From assembly GCA_036172245.1 (NCBI GenBank), contig JAYWIR010000010.1, positions 4,960,001 through 5,001,817 of the forward strand: a DNA stretch of 41,817 nucleotides, in the 5' to 3' direction. A program made the translations under genes and the position numbers. Shown here piece by piece: positions 21,998 to 34,168 of the stretch. Source of the DNA: Raillietiella orientalis (lineage: Eukaryota). The notes under the pieces are model-generated. The model did not search any database. It was given only the letters and a program-made list of their open reading frames with translations, and was not told the DNA's origin. How positions within the stretch are numbered: position 1 is the first letter of the stretch; every line of letters starts with the position of its first letter.

Positions 21998-24958
21998 ATG
22001 TGCTCAGCCTGGATTGGCATGTCTTCCTTGCGTATCGGGAAGGAGGAGTCCGAATCGCCGAAGCAAAAAGCTTCGTTTCGGACCGCAGACACTGAGAGTG
22101 TGTACGCGAAGGCATCCTCTGCTACCGTGTCTTCTCCGAGAATCCAGAAGCAAACGGAAGAGGAGTGGCCAGCGGAGAGCAGCAGTGAGCCGTCCCGCGC
22201 GGAACCCAAGCCGAAGAGATGGCTTTGGTTCAGCTGGAAGAAAGGCAAGGGCAAGATGAACGGAGCGGAGGAAGCGGGGAGCGGACCAGCCGAGAGAGTA
22301 CCTGTTGCGAACGGCTCCCCGACTACCGACAAAAGCTGCAAACTCGTGAAAGCAATATCGGATTTCAAAAGCAACCCCCCCACTCCACTCCACAAGAGAA
22401 GCAGAGCAAGGAATGCAGAAAGAGGGGGAAAAAAGCCAGCAAGGAAGCACGGAAGCGAGACAAGAAACTGAAAGATGAACGGAAAAAGTAGAGAAACGAG
22501 GAGGAAAGACAGAAAGCGAAAGAGAAACGGGAGGAAGATCGGGAATGCAAGAAGAAATCCGGCAACAAACGGAATCGGTTCGTTCCGAAGAAGGTAGAAG
22601 TTCAGGAGCAACAGGAGACGAAGGAACGCGTGCCTGCGAGTCGCAAAAGGCAAATGGTTCCGGGTGACGACAAGGAGGCGGCCGAAACGATTGCTTCCAA
22701 GCAGGAGCATGGAAACGGCGAACGAACGAAGACCACCAACGAAAAGGCGAAGAAAGGAAAAACGCTAGCTTGCTTCCGGTTCTCCAAGCACAGGGGAAGG
22801 AGAACCGGAGAAGATGCGACCCTGGCAACGTCCTTGCCGGGGAACGAACCTACGAAACGCGAAGTCTCGAGCAAACTGCGAGGCAAAGACGGAGGCGGCG
22901 ACGTAGCCAGGGAGCAGGAAGAGCATTGCTGCTCGATGCTGCTCACGGAGCCCAAGCGGAACGAAGGAAGCGACTGCCGCCATTCCCGTGTCTGGGGAGT
23001 CGATGGCGCCGAACTGCCCTCGGCAGCTGTGGATGGGTGCGCAGGCACACATAGCCTCGAACTGCGAAGAAGACAGCAGACCTCTCCAGATGGGTGGCTG
23101 GTCAGCCGCAGCGTTCAGTGCGACTATGGAGATTATTGCCGAGAAGGTTGGTGGAACGGGTTCTGCATTCCGGCCACTGCACACGCGTCTGCTCCCGTTC
23201 GGTGCCCCGGGTGGTGTTTGCGGATGCGCGTCGCTCGTTCTGCACGTTCCCGCACGAACGTACGCGTACGTGTGCGTGGCTCGTGTGGAGCTCGCAACGC
23301 GTTTGCATGCGTTTGGTCGAGAAACTTGCTTTTCTTCGCTTGTGCGCGAAACAGGGAAGGACGGAAAGAAGAAGAGCCGTTGCACGTGTTCTTGACCGGA
23401 AGCCGGTAGAAGGGGGTGCGCATTTCGGAAAACTGCAGGCTTGTCGGAAGGCGCCTTTGCGTTTGTGGGGAATTTCACAGGCGCGATTTGTTCTTCAAAC
23501 TCTTTCCGGAACAAGGTGGCCATTTATCCGAGTGCAAGCGGCTGCGTGAGGCATTTGCCGAGCAGGCGATTCCGGAAGCGAAGGCAATTGCGCTTGGGAT
23601 GCGAAGAAAGGAACGATAATTTCCTTCGCACGAACGTTTCGTGTGCTTCTCTCATGGCAGCGTTTCATTGATGGCGGTGGCGGGAGCGGTGCGCCGACGG
23701 CTTGCGAGGCACGCGTGTTGCCGTCGCGTTGTCCGATCGGTTGAATGCATGAAAAATGCTAATGAGACGCTTCTTGTTTTTTCCCAAAGGGCAAATCGAG
23801 TGCGTGGTCCCGGCACTGGAATCCTTGATAACGCGATTGGAGATAGTAGCCACGGCGCTGGAAGCTGCGGCAACGGAGGCCGAACTTGGCGTGGAGCAGT
23901 CGGATGGCTTTGGTAATTGCGACTGTCCGCGTTCAATGGCTTGCTGCTTGCTTCGTGCCCGCAAGTCCGATGTGCACGTCCGCGCTGCCTGGAATAGCCG
24001 AAATCGGCAGAGCGACGCGTGCAGCGAAGATGAGCTCCAGCAGCCATTCTCGCTTTCTGTCGACCTAACACGGCTTGGCTCATCAGCTCACAACTCACGG
24101 GTCGCTAACAGCTCGCAATGCAGAAACAGCGTGCCTTCCATCGTCCAGAATGTCGATACCTTGTTTGCCGCTGTTTCCAGAGATCAGCAATCCGTGGCTC
24201 GAAGATTACGCCCGAATTGGGAAGGGATCTTTGGCCGTCTACCACAATCTGTCGGCCAAGATCTCGGAAGCGGTTCGCAAGCACTCGGACATGGTGCTGA
24301 AAGCATTCAAGTAAGGGCTTGGTGTTCATAAGGCCACGATGGAAGGTTCCCTCTCCTCGGTTTCTCCAGTTGCTAACCATCTTTCTTTCCTGTTGCAGGA
24401 TCCAGGGGCGTTTGATGCAACTCATATGCTGCTCGCAGGAACCCGACGACTCGAAAGTGCTCGACCTCCTTCAACCGCTTTCCGAGTGCATCGTGCAGAT
24501 CGAGGCATTCGAGCAAAGTCAGCGCGACACCGAGACGCATGTTCACCTGTGTGTGATCAGCCAGAGTGTGGCAGCCATCCTTTGGGTGACCATGGTAGGT
24601 GGTCGGGCACGCATCCGCAAACTTTCTTTCCTTTTCGTAGAGCCCCTATCCCGCGGATGCTGTTCGAGACATGATGTTTTTATGCCGACTCCCCGTGAAG
24701 CGCGTCCTCCAGGAATGGAAGCAAAAGTGAGTTTCCGGGTCCAAGGGAAGATCGGGAAAAGATGGTGCTTGCTCGTTTCTTTCAGCGATGATCATGTGTG
24801 TTGGGTGAAGTCGTGGATGGCCGTATTGTCCGAGTTGCACAGTTTGGCGAAAACCCATCACACGACGTGGGTCCCATGGCACGCAAAAGGTGCCAGCGTT
24901 GAGGAGCGCACCCCACCTCGCCCTTGCCGACCTGTCCCACTCTCCTACGCCCGGGTGA
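21998..24958 (+). CDS. CAP: Chimeric basic-region/CAP-N gene, copy 3
   Basis: Same exon structure (exon 2 from 23790, exon 3 from 24181). A private indel patch at ~22340-22390 and a TAG near 22490 affect exon 1. Three single-base deletions around the terminal TGA let this copy read into the WH2-like LLARSNAGKAVT. Confidence 0.75.
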
Positions 24959-25722
24959 CCCGGAAGGCCTGTTTGCTTGCACGTTCGAATGCAGGCAAAG
25001 CAGTCACAATAAATACGTGTCGAATTTCGAATGCTCTTTCAGTTCTTGAATGGTCCACGACTGCCAAGTCGCCCAGTCCACATTACCGAAAGTTTGGCAC
25101 CATGCGACGGCACCAACCAAGTTGTGCAGAATGCTCAGCCACTTTTCAGCGTTGTTTTCATTTTGCCTCGTTCCCTCGAATGTTTCTCATGAGGAAAACA
25201 AGCAGAAAAGAACCGCAAAAGATCAAAGTCGACTTCGACTGCATCCACTCAATTTTGGCACACATTGTAATGGGACGCTCCTTTTTCGCTTCCAAATGCA
25301 ACACGCACCCTGCGCCGTCCAGCGAGAGCCAACTCTCGTGAAACCACTGCTCTCCAAAGTAGCGAAGATGAAGTTTCAGCCACAGCGGATTCCACCCAAA
25401 GCTGACCAAGGCAGCAACAGTCAGAAGATTGGACGGACCCATATTGAGAATCCAAACCGGGCATGCCGTCCACCCATTTAGTACCAGCCGAACACATTTT
25501 TCCACTTTTTCTTACGAAAGGGAACTGTTCATCCCTTCGCACCGCGGTGTGGAAGACTAAAAACCCAACCCTCCATTGTTCTCTTTTGACTCAAAATGGG
25601 GAGATTGCGACTGATCTCATTGTTTCTGCCTGAATGCCCTGTTCCCTGTTTACGCAGCGCCAGCTGCTAACCGGAATTCGCTCCAGTCCTCACGATGTCG
25701 GTCGACTCATTCTCGACATGCC

Positions 25723-26473
25723 ATTGTGGAAAACGAACTAACAGAGGATGTGGAAGGAATGCCGTGAAGGAGGCTCGCAGACTCGCAAGGTTCGCTGGTC
25801 CGCAGCAGAAAAGCAGAAGGACAAGCATGAACGGAAAGAAAATGCAAAAGGAAGTAGAAGGAAATGGGGGGAAAACGTTTGGAAGGAACCAGAAGGAATC
25901 GCTGCCTGTTCCTCTGCATCTTTTCATCTTTTCGGCGAGGTGCTGCTGAACTCTTCACAACTGGGACCATCTTAATGCTTTTCGTGGAAGCAAATGGCCA
26001 CGCGGAACGATGGCGCGTCCGTGTCTCCCAGGCGTCGCTGCGAGGCCGCACACGATCCGGCTCTAGCCGCAATGAGCTGCTAGGGACGCATGGCCGGCAG
26101 TAGATGCATCACTTAAACGCCCCTGCAATTGTCCCCGGTATCCCGAGGGTGGGCACAAAGTTTAACCACCAGGAAGCCTGAGAGCCATTCAGCTGTGCCG
26201 GCTATAGTTGGGGCTCCCACACAACCCGGGTCCAGTGAAGTCGGAGGGGCTTTGAAGAGAAACAACCCCAGTGCAACAGCAGAATCGCCGAATACGAAAC
26301 CAAAAAGGTAAGATGTAAGTGTTCTCAGGAGGACTGGGGAGCATCGGTAGTCTCTTTGGGGAATAGCCAAGAGCTCGCGGCTGCGTAGACGTAGGGCACT
26401 TGGTACCTGCGAGCTCGCTGTAGATCAACCACCCAAGTCTTTCTTCCTGGAGTTGAACTCTCACGAGACCTTC

Positions 26474-26532
<59 letters not shown>

Positions 26533-29343
26533 CATTCGGACGCCGAAGCTCCCTCAGGCATCATTGCCGCGTGGGAGGTTCAATCCAGGCTCAGCTCCCT
26601 TGCCACGATGCACGACTGTTTCCTGGAGGCAGAAATTGTTACAGAAGCAGTACAGCAACCGCCGCCGTGACTCCGGGCCCGTCTGCTTGCTATTCGCCCG
26701 CGTGCCCAGTTTCCTGCAAGCAAACGCTACCGTTCGCGGGGCGATCCTGCTGGACGTCCTGCTCTTCTTCCTGGTCGGTGAGACGTGATGCGAAGTGCGC
26801 AGTGGGCCACGTTGGACAGCATGCCGAGCATACCAAGAAAGTGGATGCGATGTTTTCGCAAGGATGGGCGTCGAAGGCAGAACGAACTCGAGTGCAAACG
26901 TTGGGAATGCTTTCGGTACACTTTTGACGAGACCGATCAGGTGTGAGAAAATCCCAACGTGGAGGAAAGCGTGTATTCCATCTTCTCCAGGTGTTGACCG
27001 TATGCGCCTTGCGCCGCGTCAGAAAAGACGCAGGAGAGCTGTCCTGCTCCGGCGCTGCAAGACGGCCCCGGATCGTCGGCAATCCGAGCAACAGGGTCGG
27101 GCAAACCGCCTTCGCTTTTTTCGCAGCGCCTCCCTTTTTTGCAACGGAGGAGGGTGCTGTGCCCTCGCCTGCCTCGCACTGCTTGGCAACGAATGACGTC
27201 GTGCAGAGCGGAGGCAGCAGCCACCTCGAGAGCTAGCTCGTTTCTCCGGGAACGCCTGCCGCGCACAATCTTCGCTTCGATCTTCCTCGGCCATCAGCGA
27301 ACCTTTCTGCGCGCAAGCCTGCGCCGAACTGCGTGCGCAGTGGCGCGACAACGCGCGTGTCTGCGACAAGAAAGGAACACTTGTTCCCGAATGGCGATCC
27401 CGGAGATGGAGGCCGGCAGGCTTTGCAGATGGAACGCGGAAGAGCTGGCCCGGTCATTGCGGAAGCCGGTCGGATAGCTGGCTTCTTGCGAAACGACACA
27501 TCTGCACAACGTCGCTGCCGTTGGCCGTTTCATTTCCTCCCTCCGTTCAAGCAAGCCTTCGCTACGCGCACGTTCTCCGCACCGGAAATGCTGCCGCTTC
27601 ACCCTTCCCAGCTGTCACCTCTGCAGCACTTCTTCATCGTGCATCCTTTCTTGTGGGTCACGCGCGTACACCACTTTCACCCATCCATCACGAGATGACG
27701 CATCTCTGCTGATCTTCGCAGAACCTCTATCGTGAAGCCCGTTTCGCTCGTGCCTCGTTTCCACCGAGGATGGGCAAGAAGGTAGGCAGCGAAAAAGCGC
27801 ACGTGCGAAATGCGCCAGCTCACTTGCCATGCACTTTCTCCTTCACGTCACACGGCTTTCCTGCTGCGTTTCACGCCGTCGTATGCACCGTCACAGCAAA
27901 CGTTTCCATGCAAATGAAGCAACAGGAGAGAGTCCGCTTCCACCGACCTCGCTTGCCCCGCACCGTTTCGCATGTCGAGCACAGGCTAGAACGCTGTGAC
28001 CGCAAGAGCAAAGCTGTTGCCATCAGGCGGTGGAACGCTGGCTGCCGGTGCGTACCTGCCGCATCCAACGATTTGTCATTGGGTTCGTGCGGTGGTATCC
28101 GCCATCGGCGGCAAGCTGCCACGTTGAGCGCATCCCGCTTCGGCAAGCACGCTCTTGCTGCGCGTTCAGCCGTGTGCGGCGGCGCCGCGTTGCTCGCGAT
28201 CTTTCCGGGAAGAAGGGAGGAGAAGGCAGGGAAAAGAAGGACGTCGGACAGGTGGACTGCCAGTCTAACGTGGCGTCGCACGGAAAGTCGGAACAGTCCA
28301 CAAATACTGGTAAGAAACACGCAAAAAGTGTGAGAACGAGACGATGACAGGGGTTTGCGCGTTCGGCCGTTCCCTGCAAGCGCAACCGGCGCTGCGTAAC
28401 GAACATCTCGCTGCTCGCTTATATCTTCTGGCAGTTCAGGCCGCCTGGCAGCCGTCGTCATGTTGACTTCAGCGAAAGAAGTGTTGTCTCGAGGAACCGC
28501 CCGAGACTCCAGCTGGTGGAGGGTTGCGAAGATAAGGCCTCCTTACGATGAGCGCATCTAACGGAAAGCGGCCAGGCGTGAAGAAGCGGCGCATCTTAAT
28601 TCTTGGGCTGTCCTTCTGCAGCAGGAGCACGGATGCAGTGGACGAAAAGATGCGGGAGCGTTTCCGCACCAGTCTTTGAAGACGCAACTCCCCCGCAGAC
28701 GATGCTTGCGCTCTGGTTGCAATGCAAGCTAACCCATGCGCCATCGGAGCGGGAACACACGCACTCGTCCACGCACGAACGAGAGTCCACAAGTTGTTCT
28801 GGTGGCACACTGAAGAGTTCACAGCAGCGAAGGACTGCTTTGGGAACATGGCCAGGCGTGGCACCTTCTGCCGGACTCCAGTCGCCCATGGGACGAGTTG
28901 ATCCCGCCGGTAGGCAACTGTCCACTAAAGCAGAAAGCGCTGCCGCAAGGGGCGTGGAGAGCCCACTTGTGCTGGTCCTGCAGCACTTCCTCCACTGGAC
29001 ACGATGGGGAAAGGTGAACGTGCAACAAAGTTCCAAAACGACCACTTGCCTCGCGACGGTACCGGCGCGTGTCCCGGTTCGTCGGGCGGCAGGGGAATCA
29101 AGAGTGGGCTGCCAGGGACGAGCACGAGCTGCCCGAAGGGGAGCTCAAGAAGCCTCTCGTGGTGGCGCGCTGGGCATGCGGCAGCAACGAAAGCAGCAAC
29201 TGGGGATGACCGAGAGCTTCAGGAAAACTCTTCATGAGCTCGTACACCGAGTGGATTCGCAATACTCGTACATGCCGTGCATCAACGAACGTTTCTTGGA
29301 ACAGGTGCTTGGAGAACGCAAAATGAGGTGCCTTTCAAGTTGA
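25723..29343 (+). pseudogene. Duox: Duox-like pseudogene, units 3/4
   Basis: Repeat of 8864-12472. ORF 28603..29343 carries LVLVLQHFLHW, QSSKTT and FRKTLHELVHRVDSQYSYMPCINERF. Confidence 0.6.
26476..26531 (+). repeat. (TG)28 microsatellite present in one copy only
   Basis: Seen directly. It replaces accttcttggcatgctgctgccc found at the same position in the other copies, none of which has a TG seed there. Likely a base-calling artefact. Confidence 0.9.
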
Positions 29344-30462
29344 GTGTTGAGTGTCCCTTCACGGATGCGTTTCGCGAAACTCCAAGCCGTGCACGCGCCA
29401 CCATCCCGCTCACCAGCCTGCTTGCTGTTGTCGCACGCAACAAGCAGAGCATGCGCCAACGAACCGTGTCTTTGAGGCAAGCGCGCGTTCCACGCACCGC
29501 TGCTGCGCTGAACAAAAAATCCCACGCCTATTCCGTCCTTCGCGATTCGCCCAACGGGCGTGTGCTGCGCTGATCCCGACGCTCGTACGGGATGTACGGG
29601 AAGGGCCGGTGCACAAGTGCGAGGATATTCCAGGGAACGGAACGCGCACGCCTTGCATGGTCGCAACGTGCAAACGACGAAAGACTGCCGCTAGACGGGA
29701 CGAGAAAAGAGGAAAGCGACGAACGGGCCGAATCGTTCCCGAGAATGGGGAACAGCGAAGATCGAGCCAAAGTGGGAGCGTGGGCGTGCGAGAAACGCTC
29801 CCGTTTCCCTTCCTTCGCACTTTTCTGCGAATGAACGTGCAACGAACCAGGATGAAGTGGCACTCGCCCAAGGCATTGCTCGAGCGTCGGTTGTGTGACG
29901 TGAGCACGGCCACCTCTCACTTCGACAACGATTCCCGTTGCTTAGCAAAGGAGATTTTTCCTGACGGAAGAATTGCTGCTGTGTGCTGCTTGCGAATTGG
30001 GTGGATCGACTCGCGCATTTCGTGGAAGAGATCGCAACCGAGTACCGTACTGCTGCGTAATCCAGCGCTTTATCATCAGTGCCTTATTTAATCGGAACAG
30101 AAGGCGATAGCGAATCCATCCCAACCGGAAGTAATTCGCATCCCTGCGAATCCGGAACTTCGGATTCGGTTCCGAAACCAAACGGAAAGCGAGTCTTGTC
30201 GCTCGTGACCCCGGAAAAAACACATCTCGCCTATCCTGCCGCCGAGGTATCCAGGAAGGATAACCGTACTGCCAACTGAGAAAAGCCAGTGGCTGTAAGG
30301 TAGCAGGAAAGGAAAGCAGATCTAGAAACAAAGCTGAGCACCGGTAAGATGAATGCGAGGTCCGTGAGAATGTGGGAAATCAATCCTGTGGTGCACGTGT
30401 GACGCAGGAAGTGATTCGTGGCTTGTGCACGACTTCCAGGTCGAGTCCCTCGCAATTGGGAA

Positions 30463-33387
30463 ATGTGCTCAGCCTGGATTGGCATGTCTTCCTTGCGTAT
30501 CGGGAAGGAGGAGTCCGAATCGCCGAAGCAAAAAGCTTCGTTTCGGACCGCAGACACTGAGAGTGTGTACGCGAAGGCATCCTCTGCTACCGTGTCCTCT
30601 CCGAGAATCCAGAAGCAAACGGAAGAGGAGTGGCCAGCGGAGAGCAGCAGTGAGCCTTCCCGCGCGGAACCCAAGCCGAAGAGATGGCTTTGGTTCAGCT
30701 GGAAGAAAGGCAAGGGCAAGATGAACGGAGCGGAGGAAGCGGGGAGCGGACCAGCCGAGACAGTACCTGTTGCGAACGGCTGCCCGACTACCGACAAAAG
30801 CTGCAAGAAGCTCGTGAAAGCAACCTCGTTCTTCAAAAGCAACCTCACTCCACAAGAGAAGCAGAGCAAAAAATGCAGAAAGAGGGGGAAAAAAGCCAGG
30901 AAGGAAGCACGGAAGCGAGACAAGAAACCGGAAGATGAACGGAAGAAGAAGAGAAACGAGGAGGAAAGACAGAAAGCGAAAGAGAAACGGGAGGAAGATC
31001 GGGAATGCAAGAAGAAATCCGGCAACAAACGGAATCGGTTCGTTCCGAAGAAGGTAGAAGTTCAGGAGCAACAGGAGACGAAGGAACGCGTGCCTGCGAG
31101 TCGCAAAAGGCAAATGGTTCCGGGTGACGACAAGGAGGCGGCCGAAACGATTGCTTCCAAGCAGGAGCATGGAAACGGCGAACGAACGAAGACCACGAAC
31201 GAAAAGGCGAAGAAAGGAAAAACGCTAGCTTGCTTCCGGTTCTCCAAGCACAGGGGAAGGAGAACCGGAGAAGATGCGACCCTGGCAACGTCCTTGCCAG
31301 GGAACGAACCTACGAAACGCGAAGTCTCGAGCAAACTGAGAGGCAAAGACGGAGGCGGCGACGTAGCCAGGGAGCAGGAAGAGCATTCCCTGCGGATGCT
31401 GCTCACGGAGCCGAAGCGGAACGAAGGAAGCGACTGCCGCCATTCCCGTGTCTGGGGAGTCGATGGCGCCGAACTGCCCTCGGCAGCTGTGGATGGGTGC
31501 GCAGGCACACATAGCCTCGAACTGCGAAGAAGAAAGCAGACCTCTCCAGATGGGTGGCTGGTCAGCCGCAGCGTTCAGTGCGACTATGGAGATTATTGCC
31601 GAGAAGGTTGGTGGACCGGGTTCTGCATTCCGGCCACTGCACACGCGTCTCCTCCCATTCGGTGCCCCGGGTGGAGTTTGCGGATGCGCGTCGCTCGTTC
31701 TGCACGTTCGCGCACGAACGTATGCACCGTGCGTGGTCAGTGAGCTCGCAACGTTGCATGCGTTTGGTCGAGAAACTTGCTTTTGTTCGCTTGTGCGCGA
31801 AACAAGGAAGGACGGAAAAGAAGAAGAGCTGTTGCACGTGTTCTTGACCGGAAGCCGGTAGTAGGGGTGCGCATTTCAGTGCAGGCTTGTCTGGAAAGAG
31901 CGCCGCTGCGTTGCCTTCGGGAATTTCACAGGCGCGATTTGTTCTTCAAACTCTTTCCGGAACCAGGTGGCCATTTATCCGAGTGCAAGCTGCTGCGAGA
32001 GCATTTTGTCGAGCCGAACGTTCCGCAAGCAAGGCAATTGCACTTGGGATGCGAAGAAAAGCAATGATAATTTCCCTTCGCATGAACGTTTCGTGTGCTT
32101 CTCTCATGGCAGCGTTGCGACGTGATGGCGGTGGCGGGAGCGGTGCGCTGACGGCTTGCGAGGCACGCGTGTTGCCACTCGCGTTGTCCGATCGGTTGAA
32201 TGCATGAAAAATGCTAATGAGACGCTTCTTGTTTTTCCCAAAGGGCAAATCGAGTCCGTGGTCCCGGCACTGGAATCCTTGATAACGCGATTGGAGATAG
32301 CAGCCACGGCGCTGGAAGCTGCGGCAACGGAGGCCGAACTTGGCGTGGAGCAGTCGGATGGCTTCGGTAATTGCGACTGTCCGCGTGCAATGGCTTGCTG
32401 CTTGCCCGCAAGTCCGATGTGCACGTCCGCGCTGCCTGGAATAGCCGAAATCGGCAGAGCGACGCGTGCAGCGAAGATGAGCTGCAGCGGCCATTCTCGC
32501 TTTCTGTCGACCTGGCTGCTGGTCAACAGTCACGCCAACTCACGGGTTGCTAACAGCTCGTAGCGGAGAATCTTCGTCCTTGAATCTGTTTCTCCCGGAA
32601 ACTTGTTGTTTGGCCGCTGTTTCCAGAGATCAGCAATCCGTGGCTCGAAGATTACGCCCGAATTGGGAAGGGATCTTTGGCCGTCTACCGCAATCTGTCG
32701 GCCAAGATCTCGGAAGCGGTTCGCAAGCTCTCGGACATGGTGCTGAAAGCATTCAAGTAAGCGCTTGTTGTTCATAAGGCCACGATGGAAGGTTCCCTCT
32801 CCTCGGTTTCCCAGTTGCTAACCATCTTTCTTTCCTGTTGCAGGATCCAGGGGCGTTTGATGCACCTAATATGCCGCTCGCAGGAACCCGACGACTCGAA
32901 AGTGCTCGACCTCCTTCAACCGCTTTCCGAGTGCATCGTGCAGATCGAGGCATTCGAGCAGTCGAAGGCGATACCTAGGACACACCACCTGTGTGTGATC
33001 ACGAGTGGGCAGCCATCCGCACCAGCAGAGTGGGCCGGGCACGCATCCGCAAACCCTTCTTTTCGTAGAGCCCCATCCGGGTGATGCTGTTCGAGACATG
33101 GTGTTTTTATGCCGACTCCCTGTGAAGCGCGTCCTCCAGGAATGGAAGCAAAAGTGAGTTTCCGGGTCGAAGGGAAGATCGGGAACAGATTATGCTTGCT
33201 CGTTTCTTTCAGCGATGATCATGTGTGTTGGGTGAAGTCGTGGATGGCCGTATTGTCCGAGTTGCACAGTTTGGCGAAAACCCATCACACGACGTGGGTC
33301 CCATGGCACGCAAAAGGTGCCAGCGTTGAGGAGCACACCCCACCTCCACCCTTGCCGACCTCTTCCCACTCTCCTACGCCCCGGTGA
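30463..33387 (+). CDS. CAP: Chimeric basic-region/CAP-N gene, copy 4 (exon 1 fully open)
   Basis: Exon 1, 30463-31606 (1144 nt), is uninterrupted within ORF 30418..31743. Exon 2 starts at 32244. A private indel patch at ~32960-33085 damages the exon 4/5 junction. The last exon ends PPPPLPTSSHSPTPR* at 33387. Confidence 0.8.
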
Positions 33388-34168
33388 CCCGGAAGGCCTG
33401 CTTTGCTTGCACGTTCGAATGCAGGCAAAGCAGTCACAATAAATACGTGTCGAATTTCGAATGATCTTTCAGTTCTTGGATGGTCCACGACTGCCAAGTC
33501 GCCCATTCCACATTACCGAGAGTTCGGCACCATGCGACGGCACCAACCAAGTTGTGCAGAATGCTCAGCCACTTTTCAGCGTTGTTTTCATTTTCGCTCG
33601 TTCCCTCGAATGCTCTGAATAAAGGGAAAACAAGCAGAAAAGAACCACAAAAGATCAAAGTCGACTTCGAAACTGCGAGTTCGACTGCATCCACTCAATT
33701 TTGGCACACATTGGAATGGGACGCTCCTTTTTCGCTTCCAAATGCAACACGCACCCTGCGCGGTCCAGCGAGAGCCAACTCTCGTGAAACCACTGCTCTC
33801 CAAAGTAGCGAAGATGAAGTTTCAGCCACAGCGGATTCCACCCAAAGCTGACCAAGGCAGCAACAGTCAGAAGATTGGACGGACCCATATTGAGAATCCG
33901 AACCGGGCATGCCGTCCACCCATTTAGTACCAGCCGAACAAATTTTCCACTTTTTTCTTACGAAAAGGGAACTCGTTCATCCCTTCGCACCGCGGTGGGA
34001 AGACTATGTCCACTGCTAGTCAGACTTTTCGGATGACTCAAAATAGGAGATTGCGACTGATCTCGTGGTTTCTGCCTGAATGCCCTCTTCCCTGTTGCAC
34101 GCAGCATCCAGCTGCTAACCGAATTCGCTTCAGTCCTCACGATGTCGGTCGACTCGTGCCGACATGCC

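Noticed and set aside
26325..26927. ORFs with HTHTHT or CVCVCV runs
   Set aside because: They are translations of the (TG)28 tract, which occurs in one copy only and is probably an artefact.
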